From: the human T2T-CHM13v2.0 reference genome, Homo sapiens
Reading direction: 5' to 3' (one strand)
Assembly (NCBI RefSeq): GCF_009914755.1
Contig: NC_060934.1
DNA length: 64,000 bases
Positions 1 through 15,367 of the stretch are shown in pieces. The notes beneath the pieces were generated by a model. The model saw only the letters and a list, made by a program, of their open reading frames with translations, did not search any database and was not told where the DNA came from. Both the position numbers and the translations under genes were made by a program. Numbering within the stretch: the stretch's first letter is position 1; each line of letters begins with the position of its first letter.

Positions 1-153
1 CAGGTGCCCGCCACCACGCCTGGCTAATTTTTGCATTTTTAGTAGAGATGGGTTTCACCATGTTGGCCAGGCTGGTCTTGAACTCCTGACCTTAGGTGAT
101 GGGCCCGCTTCCCAGCGTGCTGGGATTACAGGCATGAGCCACTGCGCCCGGCC
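1..153 (-). mobile_element. Alu, cut by window edge
   Basis: antisense Alu left arm ending gcgcccggcc. Confidence 0.9.
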
Positions 154-357
154 AAAATGGATAAAAGTTTAAATGTAAGTACCATTTGGATGTTGTATCC
201 TTGCCGCTGGCCTGTACTTGAAATGGCCCAGGAAACAATGTGCACTTTCCTTAGTGACTAGTTCAAACGGACACGTGATAAATGATGTGTGGCATCTGGG
301 GAAGGAGCACATTTCTGCAGCTTTTTTGGTGAAGATGGAGACATTTAAGAATATTAG

Positions 358-1011
<654 letters not shown>

Positions 1012-2053
1012 TTAAAATTTGACATGAATTGAAATTTTTTTCTTTTAAGTAGTTGAATCAGATATTTACATAAGTTGCTGAAATCTCAGCTGGTTTGTAC
1101 AATGGGGTTATTAATATCCATTTGCAGAGTAAGCAGGTTTAGTATATGATATGTTTAATAAGCAGTAGCTGGTATCTGCAGATGAATGTAGTAGCAGAAT
1201 ACTATAATAATTGAAAAACAACTATTTGCTGATGAAGAGCTGAAGTTTATTACATTGTCTAAAGTTACATTAGTCAGGATTTGAATGTGGTTTTTGTCTG
1301 ATGGTTTTTCTCCAACAATGCTCCAGGCATATGGGGCTATCCATTAAGATGGAAAGAATACTGTAACATGTAATCCAAAAGGGGATAACGTTTATATTTG
1401 TTTCAGATATAGTATGTCCTTATAATATTGGACATTATGTGCTTAATTGAGAAATGGAAGGTAAGCATTAAATAGGAGAATATTGTGGATAATTTCAACT
1501 AACAATATCATGTTTTAATGTTTTCAAATGTTTTATATTTTTGTTTCATCTTCTCAACATCCCAGAGTGTTGGTTATTGCTGTTTTACAGATGTGGAAGT
1601 TAAATTACTCTTCAAAACCATGTTAGTAATAATGAAACTGAAATGAATTCAGTTTCTATGGCATACTTTCTTCTTTTCTTTTTTACTTATTTGGGCTCAT
1701 ACTATTATAAAGTTTGGTAACCTACTTTAATTTTTGAAAAATGTAGTTATATTAGTATTTTCCTGTGGCGTTGAAAGTTCTTTGAAAATTTGATTTGTAA
1801 TGGCTTTATGTTTTCTTATGACCATTTAAAAACTATTATTGAGCATCAGAAATTTTTCTGATTTGCTACGTAAAGTAGTGGGAAAATATCCATGTACAGA
1901 AAATCTTTGTCTCTTAATTACTTCCTTAGGATTGATACTTATGTGTAAGAAATTTCTGAAAGGTCCCAATTTAATTTTTACCAGCAGGACATGAAAGTAC
2001 TTCTCGTCATCCTTTTTATCATTGAATATTATGATTTAAACAGTCCTTTTGTT

Positions 2054-2311
2054 GGCTGGGCACGGTGGCTCATGACTGTAATCCCAGCACTTTGAGAGGC
2101 GAATGCAGGCAGATTGATTGCTTGAGCCCAGGAGTTTGAGACCAGCCTGGTCATTGGCCAAAGCCCAACTTTACAAAGAACAAAATATGCCTGTAGTCTG
2201 GGAGGCTGAGGTGGGAGGATCACCTGAGCCCAGGAAGTCGAGGCTGCACTTGCCTTGCACTCCAGACTGGGCATTAGAGTAAGACCCTGTCTCAAAAAAA
2301 GAAAAAAAAAA
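2054..2311 (+). mobile_element. old Alu with internal deletions
   Basis: Alu consensus similarity, A tail. Confidence 0.85.
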
Positions 2312-2359
2312 TTTTTTTTTTGGTCAATTTGGTGGAAAATGGTATCCCAGCTTTAAAAA

Positions 2360-2780
2360 GAAATTGAAGTATTACATACAGTAACAATGCACAGATCTTA
2401 ATCGTCAGATGTGGTGAATTTTCACAATTGTATACACACCGATAACCACCATTCACAGGAAGAATATAGAACCCAGGAAGTTTTCCATCCCCTTTAGCCC
2501 AGCTACTGATTTCTTACTGTCACTGTAGATGAGTTTTCCCTGCTCTTGGACTTTGTGTGAGTAGAATCATACAGTTCTTTGTCTGTGTTATCTTTTGCTC
2601 ACATATTTTCAAGCTTCATTTGTGTCATTGCTCATGTCTGTGGTTGGTTCCTTTTTACTGGTAAGTTACATTCTGTTGTATGAATGTCTATCACTTTCTC
2701 CTGTTGGCGGACATTTGGCTAATTTCCAGTTTTGATTTATTATGTATAGGGCTGCTGTGAGCATTCTTGCATGAGGCCTC
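2360..2780 (-). mobile_element. ancient L1M 3' fragment
   Basis: similarity to antisense L1M 3' ends (attgaagtattacatacagtaacaatgcacagatctt...ggacatttgg). Confidence 0.65.
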
Positions 2781-3783
2781 TGTGAACCTCTGTTTTGTTC
2801 TTGCCATCCTTAGGCAATGGACAAAAAAGCTTCCCTGGATCCTCTTCATTGCTGGAGGCTATGGTGGGCAGAGGCTCCTGAGGGAGGGTTTTGAGGGGTC
2901 AGGCCTGTGTTCTAGTTTTAGGGCCAGAATTCAGTTCCAGGGCCCCAGACAACTGCAAGGAAGACTGAAAAATGTAATCTAGCTGAATGCACAGGAGGAA
3001 GATGAAACAGTGCTTGATTGAAACAGCACAGTCTCTGCCGTGGACCTGAGGCCCCACCTACTCAACCATTGAAGCTGCTGAGTTGTGCTGGATGCAAATT
3101 AACATCCGGTGACTAGGGGCTCCTACAATGTGTCCTTCCCTGCCTTAGGTGGGTCTTCATTTGGAGCTTCCTGCTTTCCTTGTGTGCCTGTGGACACTCT
3201 CCCTTCATCAGTCCTACCAGTGGTCTTGCCCTCTGTTTTCCTATGCTTTGATAAATGACCTTGCTTCCCACCTGAGAGAAAACAGGATTTCAGGTAGCAT
3301 CTCCCCAAGCCCTCCTTCCACTCTCACCTCTCCCAACACTTACCATTTATTTGTAGCCTTACCCATTCTTAATTCCTTGGCTCCTGACTCAGAGGAGACT
3401 GCCTTCTTCTTCTTCAAGGTAAGCTCTTCTCTGCTCTGGATTTCCCCTCTCCTGCCTCTTCTGAGTCCTTGCATCCTCAGCTGTCTTGTGTCTACGGCCC
3501 TTCCCTCTCCATTTGCACTATCCCCTAGTAAAATAAACATATAAGGATTTTCTTGTATTAAAAAGGCCCATCCCTTGATTTTGTCTTTTTCTCTGCCTGT
3601 ACAGATCTCTTAGAGTACATCTCTGCTTCCTCATCTTCACTTCAGTCCTCAGTGGACTGCAGTCTGACCTGTGCTTCTGCTATTCCATTGAAGGTACTCT
3701 CTCTGTTAGTTGCCCTTTCCTGTTGCATTGGATGATTGTCACTCCCTCTTGACACTCTTCTCTTGACTTCTATGTGACCCTTC

Positions 3784-3839
3784 AATCTTCCAGTACCGCC
3801 TAGGACCCCTTAATCTTCCAGTACCGCCTAGGACCCCTT
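3784..3839. repeat. perfect 28-bp tandem duplication
   Basis: aatcttccagtaccgcctaggacccctt x2. Confidence 0.95.
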
Positions 3840-4535
3840 CTCTGCTTTACTACATAAGTTCCTTCTCCTCCATCTGTCCTAACTTAATGTTGATAAGCCC
3901 CCTGAGGCGCTGACCTCGGGTCTCCTCTGTGTCCCTCTGTAACCCTTTGCGGTGTGGTGCTGGCACTGTTCCTTTCTTGATTCCCAAATCTGTATATCAG
4001 GTGCAGACTTCTTCCCTGAGCTCTAGACATCATACTAACAACCCATTAAACTTCCTTTCCTCAGGTTGGCAGCTTCTGCACTATGATTTGAGGCATAGTG
4101 CCACCACTAGCCATCAGTCTCTAAGCCAGAACTTGGAGCCAGCTGTAGACTGCCTTATCTGTCACCAAATCCTGCCCCTTCTACCTTCGAAATCCTCATG
4201 CTGCTCTTTGCTTCTGCTTTCCTGACACTTTATTGTAGGCTTATTCTCTTCTCGCTGGTATTATTTGATCAGTTTTTACAGTTTGTTATTCCTTTCCTTA
4301 CCCATAGGTTAGTTGTCCTTGGTTCTTTTTGCCATGGAACATATTTCTGTTCGTGATTTTTCAGATTTTTTTGGGAGGTGGTATTATATTTGAACAGAAT
4401 TCCATAAAACTGAAGGATTTTTTAGTTGGATATGACCATAGATATCTTTGCCAAGATAATTTTGTGTGAAAACTAACTAAAATAGATACTGAGTTATTAA
4501 TATATTCTGTGTGTTCATACTATAAATGTTTAGAA

Positions 4536-4995
4536 TTTTTTTTTTTTAAATGGGTCTTGCTCTGTTGCCCACACTGGAGTGTAGTGGTATGATCATGGCT
4601 CACTACAGCCTCGACCCCCTGGGCTCAAGTAATCCTTCCACCTTAGTCTGCCAGAATGCTGAGTACAGGCATGAGCCACCTTGCCTGGCCTAGAAAAATC
4701 TTTTTTTTTTTTTTGAGGCAGAGTCTTGCTCTGCCATCCAGGCTGCAGTGCAGTGGTGTGATCTCAGCTCACTGTAACCTCTGCCTTCTGGGTTCAAACA
4801 ATTCTTCTGCCTCAGCCTCCTGAGTAGCTGGGATTACAGGCATGCACCAACACACCCGGCTAATTTTTTGTGCTTTTAGTAGAGTTGGGGTTTCACCACA
4901 TTAGCCAGGCTGGTCTCGAACTGCCGACCTCAAGTGATCTGCCTGCCTCGGCCTCCCAAAGTGCTGGGATTACAGGTGTGAGCCACTGCTCTGGG
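4536..4995 (-). mobile_element. two adjacent antisense Alus (monomer 4536-4690; full AluS-like 4702-4995)
   Basis: Alu consensus; second flanked by TSD ctagaaaaatcttt. Confidence 0.9.
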
Positions 4996-5285
4996 TCTAG
5001 AAAAATCTTTTGTAGCATAATATTAAAAAGTATAAAAAAAAGTCTTTGTGAAAAGCAGTTCTATTCTTTTCCTCGTTTTGCACTGGCATGCCTTCATTTT
5101 CAACACTTACTGCTGTTTCTATGGTCACGGTTATGTCTCTCCATCACTATACCACATTTAAAAAGTAAATAATGATATTATTAGTAATGTGTCTACAACC
5201 ATTTTTCACAAACATTGTGCCATTAATACAGAAATTCAGTTTCCACTTTGCCCAGGGGTCTGAAAATATGGTTGATTTGCCTGGC

Positions 5286-5929
5286 TTTTTTTTTTTTTTT
5301 TTCGTTTACTTTAAGTTCTGGGATACATATGCAGAATGTGCAGGTTTCTTACATAGGTATGCATGTGCCATGGTGGTTTGCTGCACCTATCAACCCATCA
5401 TCTAGGTTTTAAGCCCTGCATGCATTAGGTATTTGTCCTAATGCTTTCTCTCCCCTTGCCCCCCACCCCCTGACAGGCCCTGGTATGTGATGTTCCCCTC
5501 CCTGTGTCCGTGTGGTTTCATTGTTCACCTCCCACTTATGAATGAGAACATGCAATGTTTGTTTTTCTGTTCCTGTGTTAGTTTACTGAGAATGGTGGCT
5601 TCCAGCTTCATCCATGTCCCTGCAAAGGACATGAACTCATTCCTTTTTATGACTGCATAGTATTCCATGGTATATATGTGCCACATTTCCTTTATCCAGT
5701 CTGTCATTGACAGGCATTTGGGTTGGTTCCAAGTCTTTGATATTGTAAATAGTGCTGCAATAACATAATGTGTGCATGTGTCTTTATAGTAGAATGATTT
5801 ATAATCTTTTGGGTATATACCCAGTAATGGGATTGCTGGGTCAAATGGTATTTCTGGTTCTAGATCCTTGAGGAATTGCCACACTGTCTTCCACAATGGT
5901 TGAACTAATTTACACTCCCACCAACAGTG
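5286..5929 (-). mobile_element. 5'-truncated L1PA (ORF2 C-terminus + 3' UTR)
   Basis: ORF 5525-5896 is L1 ORF2 C-terminus (WKTVWQFLKDL...WHIYTMEYY); poly-T; degenerate TSD tgatttgcctggctttt/tgatttacatgactttt. Confidence 0.93.
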
Positions 5930-6209
5930 ATTTACATGACTTTTAATTGAGGTGGATGAATATTCAGATCTACTTCAAATGGGCTTCACTTGAAATATCA
6001 TTGAATTGAAAATTTATCTGAAAGAGTCTCAAGACCTTGCAGAGTGCTTTTATGTTCCAGTGTTGTATACAACAAAATTCTAGCAATATGAAAAACTTCA
6101 GACGGTTCTTTTAAAGCTTTCTTTTTTTTCTTTTTGGTAATTTATATCAGTATTTGTGTATTTCCAAAATTGGTATAATTTTAAATAAATGCATTTAATT
6201 GATTTACAG

Positions 6210-6318
6210 GTCCCTCCTTGTGGTCCATTTCTGGGCACCATGGGCTCCACAGTGTGCACAGATGAACGAAGTTATGGCAGAGTTAGCTAAAGAACTCCCT
6301 CAAGTTTCATTTGTGAAG
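6210..6318 (+). CDS. GLRX3: GLRX3 exon 2 (Trx-like domain, [36 protein letters not shown])
   Basis: tttacag|G...AAG|gtattt; 109 nt, phase 2/0; WAPQC degenerate thioredoxin motif matches GLRX3 as recalled. Confidence 0.97.
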
Positions 6319-6379
6319 GTATTTATATTTCAATGTCATGTCTTTTGTGAATTTAATTCTGATTTATGGGTTAGATTAG

Positions 6380-6688
<309 letters not shown>

Positions 6689-6804
6689 TTAGATTTTATT
6701 AACTAATATAAAGATGGAGTGGTATGGAATTCCAAATATGTATAATTGGTGTGGGATCTGTTATTTTTGCACATCATTCTTAAAAATCTTAAAATAATTT
6801 TGCA

Positions 6805-7089
6805 TTTTTTTTTTTTTTGAGACAGAGTCTTGTTCTGTCGCCCAGGCTGGAGTGCAGCTCCAGCTCACTGCAACCTCTGCCTCCCCGGTTTAAGCGATTT
6901 TCCTGCCTAAGCCTCCCGAGTAGCTGGGACTACAGGCACATGCCACCACACCCAGCTAATTTTTTGTATTTTTAGTAGAGATGGGGTTTCACCATCTTAG
7001 CCAGGATAGTCTTGGTCTCTTGACCTCGTGATCTGCTCACCTTGGCCTCCCAAAGTACTGTGATTAGGCGTGAGCCACCACGCCTGGCC
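6805..7089 (-). mobile_element. Alu
   Basis: antisense Alu consensus. Confidence 0.9.
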
Positions 7090-8758
7090 AAATGTACACT
7101 TTTCCTTGATCATCCTCGGGTGTGAGGCATGACTACCAAATGTCAAGGTGGCTGTGGGCTGGAGTTTTGGAGAGCACAGGCAGACAAATTAGTTCCCTGT
7201 GGGTAACTGTGGTTTTAAGGCATTTAAAATAGTAACACAAATTATGTCATTGAAAAGCTAGGTGTGCTGTAGAAAATAATTCAGGAAGGGGTATGTAAAT
7301 GCTGCTAGGGACCAGGGAACAGGAAGTTGCTATCTTGGTTTAGATGAAGGCAGACCTCCGGGAGAAGGTGAAAGTCTTTCTAACCTGTTCAGAATGTAGA
7401 GGAAGATGGAAGCCAGTCAGTCTCTTCCTTGCCTCTTTTGTTTTTCACTCTGGTTATGTGTACTCCTACATTCCTGCTGTCTCTCTTGAGTGGATGAGTG
7501 CTAGGAAAGCTGTAGTTTTGACTGTGGATTAACTCAATTGGTTTAGCACGTTAAAGATATTATTCAGGACTTAGTACTGGTTTAGGCAGCAGGGCCAAAA
7601 TATGTGTTGAGAGTCTTAGAAATGAATTATCAGGAGGGGAGGTGCACCTTGTATTCCCAAGCCTGAATCCTTAAGATTTAAAAAACAAATGAAAAACCAA
7701 AGTCTTATTTTTTAAAACAAGAATCTGTGAGTTCAGAGTACATGTTACCCAATATACTCATATATGGGATTAAAAATAACATCAACTGTATTGGTCTGTA
7801 TGCCTCTTTCTATGTAAACTGAAAACACAGAATTTTGACAGGGTAATTCATTCGTATAGTAGGTGATAAAATTTTCAGGAGGCTTCTGTATAAATAAGTT
7901 TGCTTTGAATAGGCATTATACTCAGTTGGCTCAAAATTCCAAACAGTGTAGAAAGATGTCCGTTGAGAAGGCCCACCCCGTTCCTCTGTTGTCACCCTTG
8001 TGTCCCACCACATAAGTAACTGCTTGTATTAATTTTGTATGAATCCTTCTAGTGTTTCTTTATGCAAATAGGGCAGATGTGAATATAGTGATTAGCTTTT
8101 TAAAATTTAAGGACTTATTTAAAATTCCAATGAAATGTATAATGTAACTGTAGAGTGTAACCCTAAAATGTCCAATATAAATAATAGAAGGGGGCATTAA
8201 AACTGCATGTTTGGTCAGTGATAAAAGATAATGATTACAAGTGAAATGAATGATTAAACATTTCAATCATAAGATTAATCAAGATGATGGTAATTGTTCT
8301 AAGTCTGCTTTTATGTGTATCATGTTACTGGTTTAGGTAACACATTGTTCTTAGCTGCTATCTGAATGATTTATTTAAAGTGACTATAGAATTACTTCTC
8401 ACATTGGTACCAGACTTGGCAGTGAGATTTTAAGTTGTTCAAGTGCTTAAGTATCTCTGTGAGCCAAAGGTTGGAGGAGCCCTCAGCGATTTTGGGTTGT
8501 GGGGGATACCTGAGCCTGACTGCACCTGCCACTCATGAGGATGATGACAGCGTAAGATTGGTCATTCTTCCAGGAGTCATCACTTTCCAGAAATTCACTC
8601 TATAACATAGTTTTTCTTTGATTAGCCATCATTAAGGGCAAAGGTACTTTCCATGGCATTTGTAAGGCAGCTAATTAAAAGGCACTTGCCGGACAATAGT
8701 AAGCAAAAGAGAAGTAGAATGAGAGATCATCGTTCTTTCCCAGTAAGAGAGGCGTGCA

Positions 8759-9027
8759 GGCTGGGCGCCTCGGCTCACACCTGTAATCCCAACACCTCTT
8801 GAGGCTGAGGTGGGAGGATTGCTTGAGGCCAGGAATTCAAAACCAGCCTGATGCACATAGCAAAACCATCTCTACAAAAGAAAAACTAAAAAAGTTAGCT
8901 GTGCATGTTGGTGTGCACCTGTAGTCCCAGTTACTTGGGAGGATAAAGCAGAGGATTCCTTGAGCCCAGGAGGTCTCAAGGCGGTCACACCACTGGACGT
9001 AGAGTGATACCATGTCTCAAAAAAAAG
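8759..9027 (+). mobile_element. old Alu
   Basis: Alu consensus. Confidence 0.85.
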
Positions 9028-9144
9028 GAGGAATGTAGTTCATTTTAAAACAGCTTTCTTTTTGTTAATGAGAGTTTTTGGAAAGTTCTAGAGTATGAAC
9101 TAATGTTCTTCTGCTTCATCTTGTGTCTATTTGATTTCTTAGTC

Positions 9145-9427
<283 letters not shown>

Positions 9428-9778
9428 CAGTCTTTTTTTTTTTTTTTTTTTTTTTTTTAATGATGAAATGGTTTGGCATTTTTGGCTTGTGAAGTAAAGG
9501 GATCAGTTCATTTTTGTGACTGGGATTTATAAAATCATTAAATAAGTGATCATACACTAGATATTTTTAAACAGATTGTAAACTTTTGTGACTATCAACA
9601 ATTTCTTATTTTGTAGGAGCTGGTAAAAATAGAGTTAGAAGAGTTAGTCACCCATTTTTGGTCAGAGTAGTTAGTTTGTGCTCTTTGGAATTGAATGCTG
9701 AAAGACAAGGTTTTCATATTTATTGCATCTGAATCCCTCATTCTCTGTATTGATGATATGGTCGTAAAGTGTATTTGG

Positions 9779-11338
<1,560 letters not shown>

Positions 11339-11922
11339 TTACTGCTCCCATCCTGCTAGGCCATAGTATACTCATTTTACCATATCATGTACTTCAGTGC
11401 AAACATTCTCAAAGTCAGACTTACCAGCTAGCTGGTTGGTGAGATTTTATACTATTGTATTTCATTTGACATTAATTTTGTTTATATAGTAGCTGCTGTA
11501 CTTGCATTTTATTTTCATTGTAATTTAAAATATACGATCAAGGGTATGGAGGAGTTACGTATTTAAATGTATTTTTGCTTCTTGAAAAACAAGAATCTTT
11601 ATTCTTATTTTGAAAGTGCGACTATCTTAAAGATACAGATTGCACTGTTGAATTTCTAAAGATCTGTACAATCATTATAAATGTAAATGTAGTTTATGTT
11701 TAATTTCTGAGTGTATAATTACTGTATGTAAACAGATAGTGTTGGGCAATCTTCCGAAGGGTACCAACTAGCTGTATAACCAGGTGCATGCTAACTAGTG
11801 GAATTAAAATTTTTCAGTGGCAGAGAATGTTGGCCAATTTATTTGGCATCTTAAGAGAGCATATGTTGGATTTCATTCTACAGGAAGGAACTCTAAAAAT
11901 GCGTCTCAGATAATTCTGGTAG

Positions 11923-12222
<300 letters not shown>

Positions 12223-13022
12223 TCTGGTAGAATTGTTAAATCTTAAAAAGACTGTAGGTTTTTATCTGTGCTATCTTGGTAATTAAAAAAACCCAAAATT
12301 AACATGGTTTTATTAGCTGTTTCTGGGCTAAGTTTGGTGAAAGTATTTAAAGAAGTTATCAAAACTTTTTTTTAAAATTATTATTATACTTTAAATTCTA
12401 GGGTACATGTGCACAATGTGCAGGTTCGTTACATAGGTATACATGTGCCATGTTGGTTTGCTGTACCCATCAACTCATCATTTACATTAGGTATTTCTCC
12501 TAACGCTATCCCTCCCTCAGCCCCCCACCCTCCAACAGGCCCCGGTGTGTGATGTTCCCCTCCCTGTGTCCATGTGTTCTCATTGTTCAGCTCCCACTTA
12601 TGAGTGAGAACATGTGGTGTTTGGTTTTCTGTCCTTGTGATTGTTTGCTGAAAATGCTGGTTTCCAGCTTCATCCATGTCCCTGTAAAGGACATGAACTC
12701 ATCCTTTTTTTATGGCTGCATTATATTCCGTGATGTATATGTGCCACATTTTCTTTATCCAGTCTATTATTGTTGGTTTAAAGTCTGTTTTATCAGAGAC
12801 CAGGATTGCAACCCCTGCTTTTTTTGCTTTCCATTTGCTTGGTAGATCTTCCTCCATCCCTTTATTTTGAGCCTATGTTTGTCTTTGCACATGAGATGGG
12901 TCTCCTGAATACAGCACACCGATGGGTCTTGACTCTGTCCAATTTGCCAGGCTGTGTCTTTTAGTCTTTTAATTGGGGCATTTAGCCCACTTACATTTAA
13001 GGTTAATTTTGTTGTGTGTGAA

Positions 13023-13315
13023 TTTTTTTTTTTTTTGAGACGGAGTCTCACTCTATTGCCCAGGCTGGAGTGCAGTGATGCGATCGGTTCACTGCAACTT
13101 CCGCCTTCCAGGTTCAAGCGATTCTCCTGCCTCAGCCTCCTGAGTAGCTGGGATTACAGGCACCTGCCACCATACCCAGCTAATTTTTGTATTTTTAGTA
13201 GAGACAGGGTTTCACCGTGTTGGCCAGGCTGGTCTCAAACTCCTGACCTCAAATGATCCACCTGCCTCAACCTCCCGAAGTGCTGGAATTACAGGCATGA
13301 ACCACTACACCCAGT
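13023..13315 (-). mobile_element. AluS-like inserted in the first codons of L1 ORF2
   Basis: degenerate TSD gttgtgtgtgaattt/gttacatgtgaattt. Confidence 0.9.
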
Positions 13316-15034
13316 CTGTTACATGTGAATTTGATTCTGTCATTATGATGCTAACTGGTAATTTTGCCCGTTCGTTAATGCAGTTTCTTCATAGTGTCGA
13401 TGGTGTTTCACCATTTGGCCTGTTTTTGCAGTGGCTGGTACTGGTTGTTCCTTTCCATGTTTAGTGCTTCCTTCAGGAGCTCTTGTAAGGCAGGCCTGGT
13501 GGTGACAGAATCTCTCAGCATTTTCTTGTCTTTAAATGATTTTATTTCTCCTTCACTTATGAAGCTTAGTTTGGCTGGATATGAAATTCTGGGTTGAAAA
13601 TTCTTTAAGAATGTTGAATATTGGCCCCCACTCTCTTCTGGCTTGTAGGGTTTCTGCCGAGAGATCTGCTGTTAGTCTGATAGCCTTCCCTTTGTGGGTA
13701 ACCCAACCTTTCTCTCTGGCTGCCCTTAACATTTTTTCCTTAATTTCAACCTTGGTGAATCTGACAGTTATATGTCTTGGGGTCGCTCTTCTTGAGGAGT
13801 ATATTTGTGGTGGTCTGTGTATTTCCTGAATTTGAATGTTGGCCTGCCCTGCTAGGTTGGGTAAGTTCTCCTGGATAATATCCTGAAGAGTGTTTCCTAA
13901 CTTGGTTCCATTCTCCCTGTCACTTTCAGGTACACCAATCAAACGTAGATTTGGTCTTTTCACATAGTCTCATATTTCTTGGAGGCTTTGTTCGTTTCTT
14001 TTCACTCTTTTTTGCTCTAATCTTGTCTTCTCACTTTATTTCATTAATTTGATCTTCCATCACTGATATCCTTTTTTCCGCTTGATCGAATCGGCTATTG
14101 AAGCTTGTGTATGCTTCACGCAGTTCTCATACTGTGGTTTTCAGCTCCATCAGGTCATTTAAGCTCTTCTCTACATTGATTAGTTAGCCACTTGTCTAAC
14201 TTTTTTCAAGGTTTTTAGCTTCCTTGCAATGAGTTAGAACATGCTCCTTTAGCTAGGAGAAGTTTGTTATTACCGATCTTCTGAATCCTGCTTCTGTCAA
14301 CTTGTTGAACTCATTCTCTGTCCAGTTTTATTCCCTTGCTGGCAAGGAGTTGCGTTCCTTTGGAGGAGAAGAGACGTTCTGGTTTTTGGAATTTTCAGCC
14401 TTTCTGCTCTGGTTTCTCCCCATCTTTGTGGTTTTATCTACCTTTGGTCTTTGATGTTGGTGACATTTGGATGGGGTTTCTGTGTGGATATCCTTTTTGT
14501 TGATGTTGATGCTATTCCTTTCTGTTTGTTAGTTTTCTTTCTAACGGGCCCCTCAGCTGCAGGTCTGTTGGAGTTTGCTGGAGGTCCACTCCAGACCCTG
14601 TTTGTCTGGGTATCACCAGCAGAGGCTGCAGAACAGCAAATATTGCTGCCTGATCCTTCCTCTGGAAGCTTCGTTCCAGCGGGGCACCTGTCTGCATGAG
14701 GTGTCTGTCGGCCCCTACTGGGAGGTGTCTCCCAGTGAGGCTATACGGGGGTCAGGGACCCACTTGAGGAGGCAGTTTGTCTGTTATCGGATCTTGAATG
14801 CCATGCTGGGAGAACCACCTGCTCTCTTCAGAGCTGTCAGGCAGGGACGTTTAAGTCTGTAGAAGCCTTTTGTTCAGATATGCCCTGCCCCCAGAGGTGG
14901 AATCTAGAGAGGCAGCAGGCCTTGCTGAGCTGTGGTGGGCTTCACCCAGTTTGAGCTTCCCTGCCACTTTGTTTACACTGTGAGCATAGAACTGCCTACT
15001 CAAGCCTCAGCAATGGCCTACTCAAGCCTCAGCA

Positions 15035-15367
15035 ATGGCGGACGCCCCTCCCCTAGCCAAGCTTCAGTGTCCTAGGTCGATCTCAGACTGCTGCGCTGGC
15101 AGCGAGCAAGGCTCCATGGGTGTGGGACTCACCGAGCCAGGCACGGGAGGGAATCTCCTGGTCTGCCAGTTGCAAAGACTGTGGGTAAAGCGTAGTATTT
15201 GGGCAGAAGTGTACCATTCCTTCAGGTACAATCACTCATGGCTTCCCTTGGCTAGGAAAGGGAAATCCTCCAACCCCTTGCGCTTCCTGGGTGAGGTGAC
15301 GCCCTGCCCTACTTTGGCTCGCCCTCCATGGGCTGCACCCACTGTCCAACCAGTCCCAATAAGATGA
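15035..15367 (+). other. L1 ORF0-like antisense ORF (110 codons)
   Basis: MADAPPLAKLQCPRSISDCCAGSEQGSMGVGLTEPG resembles L1 ORF0 (MAGAPPPASLPPCSLISDCCASNQRDSVGVGPSEPG as recalled); Kozak GCAATGG; expression unknown. Confidence 0.7.

Noticed and set aside
8539-8620. C-box ATGATGA as snoRNA start (also ~9460 and ~25505)
   Set aside because: No D box at suitable distance and no terminal stem.
13330-14400. Functional L1 ORF1
   Set aside because: Broken into fragments (longest 136 aa in the ORF track); the element cannot be autonomous.
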